A stretch of 12,593 bases of DNA from assembly GCA_013331805.1 (NCBI GenBank), contig DUFS01000053.1, forward strand, positions 1 through 12,593, written 5' to 3'. Positions 6,065-12,058 of this stretch are shown in pieces. Within the stretch, counting starts at the first letter, position 1, and every line of letters begins with the position of its first letter. Source of the stretch: Candidatus Micrarchaeota archaeon (GTDB lineage Archaea > Micrarchaeota > Micrarchaeia > Anstonellales > Anstonellaceae). The notes beneath the pieces are model-generated. The model did no database searches. It saw nothing but the letters and a program-made list of their open reading frames with translations, and was not told where the DNA came from. The translations under genes were made by a program, and so were the position numbers.

Positions 6065-9000
6065 CTAAAAGTCGGTTATTTTCTTCTGCTCGGATTTCCT
6101 TCGCCTTTTTGGGGATGCCCTCTTCAATTGCTGCTTATGGGCTTCTTCCCTTTCCTTTTCTTCCCCAGCACCTGTGATTTTCCCTTCGCCTATTTCCTTT
6201 CGTATCTTTTGGCCCGATGAGAATGCCTTCTGCATCCTGCCCACTATCCGCTTCATGTTCTCCTCCTTTTTCCTGGAAGAGTAAAAGTACGCCTCGTCGC
6301 GCGTGGCTGTTGTTATGAGCACCACCACCCTGCCAGCCTTCAGCCTGCCCGCCCTGCCCCGCCTTTGTATGGAGCGGATTTCGGAAGGAATGGGCTCGAA
6401 GAAAACAACCGTGTCCACCGAGGGTATGTCCAAACCCTCCTCCCCTATGCTGTTATGAAGGCAAAACAAGCCCAATCCACCAAGGAATCTTTCAGTATTT
6501 TTGACTGAAATGTCATAAACAAAACCCGGCTGCCTATTAATTGCTTTTATGCTTTTTATAAAGTCAAAGCAATTGCTCTCGCATGGAACCGTTTTTATTC
6601 TGGGCTTAAGACGCCCCGGCAATCTAACATATCTGTTCCCGAACTTTTCAAACGCTTTAATGGATGAAAATGCGCTTGGAATTAAATTATAGTATGCCTG
6701 CTTTCCATCGGTTTCAGCAACCCTTTGGAATTTCAGTGATTCAGAAATGTATAAATCATAGGCACTCTTTTTCTTGGCTTTGACCAGGCTGATTTTTCGA
6801 ATATTCAATTGCCTCAAGAGCACTATTAAACCGAACATCAATTTCTCGCTCACTGACGTGAATATTATTCTTTTATCACAAACACAGCCATCCCCCGCAC
6901 AATATCCCTCTAAAAATTTCCATTTTTGTCCAGAAGGCGCTGAAAACAAATAATCCGGAACTTCTTTGTTATAAGCGCCAACGCCGCCCCTAAAGACATA
7001 TTTAATCAAGTAATGGGCAATCTGTGCCTCGATAGCAACCCCGTGCCAACAAGTCCTTGTTTTCAATCCCAAACCATTTGCAACGCTCTTTCTCATCTTT
7101 TTTTGCATCTGTTTGCCCCTGGCGGCGAGGAATACATCGGAGGTGCTTTTTGTCTTCCTTGTTGAGCCTTCGGAAACATACAGACCTAAAAATTCCGCTA
7201 GCGCTTCGTTTGGTTTTATATATCTCGGTATTTTGGCCTTTCCATAAGATACTTCCACAAATTGTTTGCAAAATTCATTTACGAATGGCGGCGCCTTAAT
7301 TGCTTTTTTTAACGGAATTCGGTATTTCATTTTTCTGTAACAATAGCTATCAAAAAGCCATTCCAAGAATGCCAAATACCGCTTCCCAGATTCAGTTATG
7401 CTCAAAATTTTGTATCTGCCCATGGTTGCTGTTTTTATCAACTTTCTGCTTTCCAATCTTTTAGCGGCATCTGCAACTGTGGATCTGCCGATGCCCGCGT
7501 TTAGGGCCATTCTTTCCATATGCTTGTCTTTCTCCCTTATCGCGAAAAGGAATTTCATGTCTGTGGAATATATTCTAATCTTTGCCTGAGTAATACCTTC
7601 TAGAGACACGTAAATACTATTAATGACATTTTTCGGCGCATTTATTACGAGTTCATTCACTATGTCTATCTCTCTCTCAAGCTCTATATTCGGTGCACTG
7701 ATGGCGAGTTTTACAAATAAGCCATTTTCCGGTTTCGCCGGGATTAGATCTGACTTATCGCTGAAAGAAAAAAGACTGTGGTCCTCAGTCACTTTTGTTC
7801 TAAAACCAGACGCCGTTTTGATCTCGACCACTTTGGATCTTCTTCTGTGTTTGTGAACATGGGTGATCCGGCAGAAATCGACTTTTTCTCCGCCATATGA
7901 AAGCACAGAATATCCGCCTATTTTCTTGGAAGCGGTCATTTTTGAGTTTGATTTAATGAACGAATTAACGAAATTGCCGATTTTCTCTATCTTTATTGTG
8001 TCGTTGATATCGTTGCGGATAAGTATAAATTCATCTGGGTGAACACTGGTGGCGCACATGACGTCGAACTCGCCTGCTGCAAAGCTCGCTATTGTTTTCT
8101 TCTGCTCGTCCGAGGTGACCCCTTCCTTCTTGCCAACGAACCTTTCTGCTGAAAAGCCCTCGTTCCGAAGCGCATTCACCATTGCCTTGACCTGGTCGCG
8201 GTACTGCGCAAAGACCAGCACTTTCTCCCCCTTGCCTTTCCGTTCCTTGAGAATTCTCACGAGCTCGGCAAGCTTGGGGTGCTCGCTTGCCTTTTCGCAG
8301 AGCTTGAGCACCTCCTCAAAGCGCCTGTCCCTCATTATCCTCTGCCTTGCCTTGGTGTCGGGCCTAGCTTTCATCTTCTCAACGTAGGCAAGAAAAGTAG
8401 CAAGCCCCTGGGTTTCAATGAGCTCGAGCATGTGCACAAGGTTGAAGACAGTGGCATAAAGAGAGAGCATCGGGTACCTGATCCGCTCGGAAAAGCGCAT
8501 TATCCTCATCCGAAGCTCGACCAGGCCCTTTTTGGAGCGCAAGGGAACGCTCACATTGTAGTTTTCCAATCGCTTGGAGTAATCGTCCAGCATGGACTGC
8601 AGAAGCTTCCTCACATCAGAAAACTCCTTTCCAAGCGCCACCCGCACGTACTCGATTTCCAATGGCTGAACGTACCTCTTCACGTCCTCGTCCTCGGCAG
8701 TGCGGATCTCGATATTCTCAATTCCCAAGGCTGCGACGATTTCCTCTATCCTCTTCCTGCTTCCGCCTGGAGAGGCAGTGAGCCCGAGTATTTTCCCGCC
8801 TGCCTTCACGCACTGCCCTGCCACGAATGTATAGGCGTAATTGCCCACTGACCGGTGCGCCTCGTCAATCACGCAAAGCGAGCAGTCCGCAGCCGCCCTT
8901 CCTGCCTTAAGGTCGTTTTGAAGCGACTGAGGGGTGGAAAAGCACACCCTTTTTTCCCAAAGCTCCTTTCGCTTCTTGGGCTGCACCTCGCCGCTAATCA

Positions 9001-9253
9001 GTGCCGTGTCACTTTCAGGGAATTCCATTGACTGCAGGAAAGTGCGATGGTGCTGCTGCACCAGCGGCTTTGTTGGGGCAAGGAAAAACACCCTGCCTTT
9101 CTCAGCCTGTTCGGCTATTACAAGGAATGCAATGAGCGTTTTCCCTATGCCTGTGGGAAGCACCACCAGGGTGTTCCCCTTGTGGAGCGCGGAAGCAGCT
9201 ATGGCAAGCTGGTACGCTCGCGGCAGTATGTGCTCCCGAAGACGATAGGCCAT
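6065..9253 (-). CDS. hef: Hef/FANCM/Mph1-family SF2 helicase precursor (1062 aa) containing an intein; spliced product about 530 aa, no XPF/ERCC4 nuclease domain
   Basis: PRAYQ Q-motif, LPTGIGKT, LAPTKPLVQQH, IDEAHR, GLTASPG, EHPKL, VLVFAQYR, motif V CAT|SIGEEGLDIP split by the intein, QRRGRAGR, TRDEAYFY, charged tail ending QKKITDF. Confidence 0.93.
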   Translation of the reverse strand: MAYRLREHILPRAYQLAIAASALHKGNTLVVLPTGIGKTLIAFLVIAEQAEKGRVFFLAPTKPLVQQHHRTFLQSMEFPESDTALISGEVQPKKRKELWEKRVCFSTPQSLQNDLKAGRAAADCSLCVIDEAHRSVGNYAYTFVAGQCVKAGGKILGLTASPGGSRKRIEEIVAALGIENIEIRTAEDEDVKRYVQPLEIEYVRVALGKEFSDVRKLLQSMLDDYSKRLENYNVSVPLRSKKGLVELRMRIMRFSERIRYPMLSLYATVFNLVHMLELIETQGLATFLAYVEKMKARPDTKARQRIMRDRRFEEVLKLCEKASEHPKLAELVRILKERKGKGEKVLVFAQYRDQVKAMVNALRNEGFSAERFVGKKEGVTSDEQKKTIASFAAGEFDVMCATSVHPDEFILIRNDINDTIKIEKIGNFVNSFIKSNSKMTASKKIGGYSVLSYGGEKVDFCRITHVHKHRRRSKVVEIKTASGFRTKVTEDHSLFSFSDKSDLIPAKPENGLFVKLAISAPNIELEREIDIVNELVINAPKNVINSIYVSLEGITQAKIRIYSTDMKFLFAIREKDKHMERMALNAGIGRSTVADAAKRLESRKLIKTATMGRYKILSITESGKRYLAFLEWLFDSYCYRKMKYRIPLKKAIKAPPFVNEFCKQFVEVSYGKAKIPRYIKPNEALAEFLGLYVSEGSTRKTKSTSDVFLAARGKQMQKKMRKSVANGLGLKTRTCWHGVAIEAQIAHYLIKYVFRGGVGAYNKEVPDYLFSAPSGQKWKFLEGYCAGDGCVCDKRIIFTSVSEKLMFGLIVLLRQLNIRKISLVKAKKKSAYDLYISESLKFQRVAETDGKQAYYNLIPSAFSSIKAFEKFGNRYVRLPGRLKPRIKTVPCESNCFDFIKSIKAINRQPGFVYDISVKNTERFLGGLGLFCLHNSIGEEGLDIPSVDTVVFFEPIPSEIRSIQRRGRAGRLKAGRVVVLITTATRDEAYFYSSRKKEENMKRIVGRMQKAFSSGQKIRKEIGEGKITGAGEEKEREEAHKQQLKRASPKRRRKSEQKKITDF
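6452..8047 (-). mobile_element. Intein (532 aa, residues 403-934) with LAGLIDADG homing endonuclease and an additional wHTH-like insert
   Basis: Block A SVHPDEFILI (Ser1), block B VTEDHSLF, block C LAEFLGLYVSEGS, block E FLEGYCAGDG, block H TSVSEKLMFGLIVLL, block F VYDISV, block G LHN followed by +1 Ser. Removal restores ATSIGEEGLDIP. AT-richer than the flanks. Confidence 0.95.
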
Positions 9254-9273
9254 GGGAGAAAGGTGGGGATTGG

Positions 9274-9290
9274 TATTTAATTACTTAATT
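9274..9290. promoter_or_regulatory. Overlapping divergent TATA elements for hef (-) and histone (+)
   Basis: TATTTAATTACTTAATT is the only AT-rich patch in the 73-bp gap; minus strand AATTAAATA sits at -29..-21 from hef ATG 9253; plus strand TTTAATTA precedes SD GAGGTG (9316-9321) and ATG 9327. Confidence 0.55.
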
Positions 9291-9326
9291 GAGGTATGCT
9301 GCCAGTTGAGATTGCGAGGTGCCCCT

Positions 9327-9521
9327 ATGATACTTCCAAAAGCCCCTGTCGAGAAACTCATCCGCGAAGCAGGCGCAGACCGCGTGTCCGACTCGGCCGC
9401 AGCCGAGCTTGCCGAAGTGCTGGAGAAAATCGGGCTGGAGATCTCTCACCGCGCCATAAAGTACGCCAAGCACGCTGGCAGGAAAACCGTCACCGCGGCA
9501 GACATCAAGCTGGCGAGATGA
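9327..9521 (+). CDS. Archaeal histone (HMf/HTk family), 64 aa
   Basis: MILPKAPVEKLIREAGADRVSDSA...AKHAGRKTVTAADIKLA aligns without gaps to HMfB as I recall it; SD GAGGTG 5 nt upstream supports start 9327 over 9252. Confidence 0.96.
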   Translation: MILPKAPVEKLIREAGADRVSDSAAAELAEVLEKIGLEISHRAIKYAKHAGRKTVTAADIKLAR

Positions 9522-9533
9522 TTATGCCTGTTT

Positions 9534-9616
9534 CCCGAACGAAAAGCGATGTGCATTATCGTCGCTACGAAAATGCATCGCTTTTTGCCCGAACAAAAAG
9601 CGAACCATTTAAATGG
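9534..9616. repeat. Direct/inverted repeat array abutting the TATA box of the downstream regulator gene (candidate operator)
   Basis: CCCGAACGAAAAGCGA 9534-9549 and CCCGAACAAAAAGCGA 9588-9603 (15/16 identical, 54 bp apart); perfect IR TCGCTTTTTG 9578-9587 / CAAAAAGCGA 9594-9603; perfect IR AAAAGCGATG 9542-9551 / CATCGCTTTT 9576-9585; palindromic CCATTTAAATGG 9605-9616 containing TTTAAAT at -30..-24 from ATG 9638. Confidence 0.8.
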
Positions 9617-9637
9617 GCGCCAAACCATAGCCTAACC

Positions 9638-10528
9638 ATGAAATGCCTATTCGGTGCCCTTGCATTCGCACTGCTGCTTTCTCTAGCATCTGCGCAGCAG
9701 TTCGAGGCATACTTTTCAGAGAATTCTTCAGCCATGGCGCTTTCCGTTCTCAACCTCACCTACCAGGGGCACTACGGAAACTACACAGTGGACGTGGGCG
9801 TGTTTCCCCCTCCCTCCTATGTGCGCGTTTCGGGCGCAGAGGCAAGCCAGATGGCGCTAGCAAACGAAATAGGCTGGCTGATAAACGAGCGCGCGCTCGA
9901 AACATCCTGCGACCCCTCCAAACTCCTCATGTTCAGCTGGGTTTCATCTTATTGCAATAACATAGGCGAGTGGGCGGACTGCGCTCAGGTTTCTGATTGC
10001 CCGAACCGCACTGCGCCGCCCCAGCCAGAAGCCTTTGAGAACCTGATTGCGCCAACAGGAGCAGCTCAGGACAAGGCACAAGAGGCAAACTTCCCCCAAC
10101 TGCCCTCATTCGGTGTTGCAACAGCAGCGCAAAGAAAGGCAGGCGAGGAGGCAGCAACCGCTCCCCCTTTGCAGCAAGGAATAACGCTCGAGCAGCTGCT
10201 TCCGCTTGTGGGAGCATTCATAGCAGTCATAATAGCGGCTTACCTCCTGCTGCACCAGCGCCAGGCAACTATTGAGCTTGACCCGCAAACAGAAAGGCTG
10301 CTTGAAAACGAGACGCGCGCAGGCATACTCCAGGAGCTTGAGGCGGCTGACAAGATACCAACCGACCTGTCGGTGAAGCTCGGGAAAAGCAAGGCGACCA
10401 TAGTGGAGCACCTGGAAACGTTGCTGCAGGCAGGATTCGTGGAAAAACTCGCCACCCCGGGGAGAAAGTTCGTTTTCTACAGGCTCACCAGGAAGGGCAA
10501 GCAGGCTCTTTTGAGAAGGGCAGGCTGA
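9638..10528 (+). CDS. Membrane-anchored ArsR-like winged-helix protein: signal peptide, extracellular domain, one TM helix, C-terminal wHTH, 296 aa
   Basis: MKCLFGALAFALLLSLASA-Q signal peptide; four N-x-S/T sequons and four Cys in the ectodomain; P/A/Q-rich linker; TM LLPLVGAFIAVIIAAYLLL; ENETRAGILQEL...TDLSVKLGKSKATIVEHLETLLQAGFVEK...GRKFVFYRLTRKG. The ORF-track start 9296 overlaps the histone and is rejected. Confidence 0.85.
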   Translation: MKCLFGALAFALLLSLASAQQFEAYFSENSSAMALSVLNLTYQGHYGNYTVDVGVFPPPSYVRVSGAEASQMALANEIGWLINERALETSCDPSKLLMFSWVSSYCNNIGEWADCAQVSDCPNRTAPPQPEAFENLIAPTGAAQDKAQEANFPQLPSFGVATAAQRKAGEEAATAPPLQQGITLEQLLPLVGAFIAVIIAAYLLLHQRQATIELDPQTERLLENETRAGILQELEAADKIPTDLSVKLGKSKATIVEHLETLLQAGFVEKLATPGRKFVFYRLTRKGKQALLRRAG

Positions 10529-10582
10529 CCTTCCGTTAACATTAAAAACCACCTTACCCATATTTTACAGAGAGGTGGGAGC

Positions 10583-11206
10583 ATGAAACAGGCTTTTTTC
10601 CAGGGACAGACTGCAAAGGGCAAGAACACTGCCGAAATTCACCGAAAAAGGAACCCCCTCTTTTTCAGGTATGCGCTGCCAGCCGTCCTATTGACCTCGT
10701 TTACAGTTGCAATTGCCCCAAAGGCATACCCGCAGGCAAATGACAGCTTGAAAACCTCCCAAAGCACCAACGAGCCGACTGACAAGACTTCTAATTCCCT
10801 TTTTTACAGCCAGGAGATAAACGCTGAGTTTAACGGGAAAAGTGTGACCATCCGCGGTTTCATGCACAAGGGGGGAGGCGTAGTTTCCCTTGCGACCATT
10901 AAGATCAGCAAGGAAATGCTGGAGGCAGCCACAGGGAAGGATACCGCGAACATAGGCCCGGACGACCTGCTTGAAAAGCGAAGCGCCTCAGGAATGCTGG
11001 TCCTGGTTTTCCAAAAAGGCGTGGTGGTGCTGAGGCCGATGGAACGGGCGGATGACCAGGTCGGATTCATCAAATCGGATGAAGACGTCCGGTCGGCAGA
11101 GGTTTCCCCTCACAAAACCAAAAATGGCGGGATCACGGTATTGGTAAACGGGAAACAGGAATTTGACGCCTACCCGAACAGCAAGGACAAGCTGGTCATC
11201 GAATAA
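10583..11206 (+). CDS. Hypothetical exported or membrane-anchored protein, 207 aa
   Basis: SD GAGGTGG at 10572-10578, ATTAAAAA at 10541-10548; long basic N-region, hydrophobic ALPAVLLTSFTVAIA, S/T-rich linker with NDS sequon, then a beta-rich-looking domain I do not recognise. Confidence 0.7.
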   Translation: MKQAFFQGQTAKGKNTAEIHRKRNPLFFRYALPAVLLTSFTVAIAPKAYPQANDSLKTSQSTNEPTDKTSNSLFYSQEINAEFNGKSVTIRGFMHKGGGVVSLATIKISKEMLEAATGKDTANIGPDDLLEKRSASGMLVLVFQKGVVVLRPMERADDQVGFIKSDEDVRSAEVSPHKTKNGGITVLVNGKQEFDAYPNSKDKLVIE

Positions 11207-11381
11207 TGGCTCCTGAAAGCCGGCAGGCTTGCCTTCCTGGACCTCTGCCACAATGACAGGCAATAAGCGCATTTCGGGGAGGCTGTTTTACCTAGAACTG
11301 AGAAATTCAGGCCTAGCGCAAACAAGGCCAAACTCGCAGGGAGGCGCTTCTTTTGATAGCAAATAGCCTTCAGAGATAAAT

Positions 11382-11436
11382 TGTTTTTCTTAGGTAAAAT
11401 ATATTTATACCTAGTAAAAACATATCTTTTTATATT
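11382..11436 (+). promoter_or_regulatory. 41-bp inverted repeat (candidate operator) followed by TATA box of the AbiE-like operon
   Basis: TGTTTTTCTTAGGTA 11382-11396 / TACCTAGTAAAAACA 11408-11422 (13/15 complementary, 11-nt spacer AAATATATTTA); TTTTTATATT 11427-11436 at -29..-20 from ATG 11456. Confidence 0.7.
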
Positions 11437-11455
11437 TTCCCTTCCCAATCCATGC

Positions 11456-12058
11456 ATGAAAGGCAATTTCGCGCTGAAATACGCGCGCATACTTGAAATC
11501 CTGCCCTCCGTAGCAGAGTGCACTGGCGGCAGGCTCGTGCTTGTCGGAGGCACTGCGCTTGCAATTTTCCACCTGAAACACAGGCTCAGCGTTGACCTTG
11601 ACTTCGCCACGCTAGGGAGCGACGACGTTCAAGCAAAGGAGGCGCTGAAGGGCTGCCTTTCGGCAAAGGGCGTGAGGGCATTCCGAAGCAGGTTCTCCAA
11701 CCAGTTCGTAATACATTTTGAGGACACGAGCATCAAGGTGGAGGTGCTCCCGCCTTCCTTCAAGGTAAACAAAGCAGAATGGCATGAGGTGGGCGGATCC
11801 GGGCTCCTTGTCGCCTCCCTTGAAGACATCCTCCGCATGAAAGAAGGAGCCTACGCAGAAAGGAAAGAGGCCCGTGACCTGTTTGACGTGATGCTTATCC
11901 TGAAAAGCACGGGCGAGCCTCTCCTGCGCATGAGGTCGATGATAAAAAAGAACGGTGCCCCAAAGAACATGGAAAGGCTCCAGGCAATGGTCTTCAGCAA
12001 GGCAGATTTTGAGGAATTTGAAGGAGAGGTTTCAGATGCTTCCAAAACAAGCAATTAG
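11456..12058 (+). CDS. AbiEii/DUF1814-family nucleotidyltransferase (type IV TA toxin-like), 200 aa
   Basis: LVGGTALAIFHLKHRLSVDLDF (GG-T...R-x-S-x-D-x-D), KVEV, SLEDILRMK, ERKEARDLFD. Start set at ATG 11456; the extension from 11381 is AT-rich promoter sequence. Confidence 0.9.
   Translation: MKGNFALKYARILEILPSVAECTGGRLVLVGGTALAIFHLKHRLSVDLDFATLGSDDVQAKEALKGCLSAKGVRAFRSRFSNQFVIHFEDTSIKVEVLPPSFKVNKAEWHEVGGSGLLVASLEDILRMKEGAYAERKEARDLFDVMLILKSTGEPLLRMRSMIKKNGAPKNMERLQAMVFSKADFEEFEGEVSDASKTSN

Noticed and set aside
3567..6177. Long plus-strand ORFs (210, 242, 288 aa) antisense to the ATPase, and similar ones opposite hef and tnpB
   Set aside because: Shadow ORFs expected opposite GC-rich coding sequence; no motifs or start signals.
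9534..9603. Two 16-bp direct repeats with a 38-nt spacer as a mini CRISPR array
   Set aside because: Repeats too short, only two copies, the spacer contains an inverted copy of the repeat, and no cas genes are in the window.
9296..9637. Long N-terminal extension of the wHTH membrane protein overlapping the histone
   Set aside because: Off-frame read of the histone and intergenic repeats; signal peptide and TATA spacing point to ATG 9638.
7370..10512. Intein wHTH and regulator wHTH share AT-x-GR and T-x-x-GK, suggesting local domain capture
   Set aside because: These are generic wHTH wing features; the rest differs, base composition differs, and I see no nucleotide-level similarity.
11207..11266. 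In-frame read-through after the 11206 stop (WLLKAGRLAFLDLCHNDRQ), faintly like a RelE-type C-terminus, and a 16-codon ORF starting at 11206
   Set aside because: Too short to support; no start signal or rest of a toxin gene visible.
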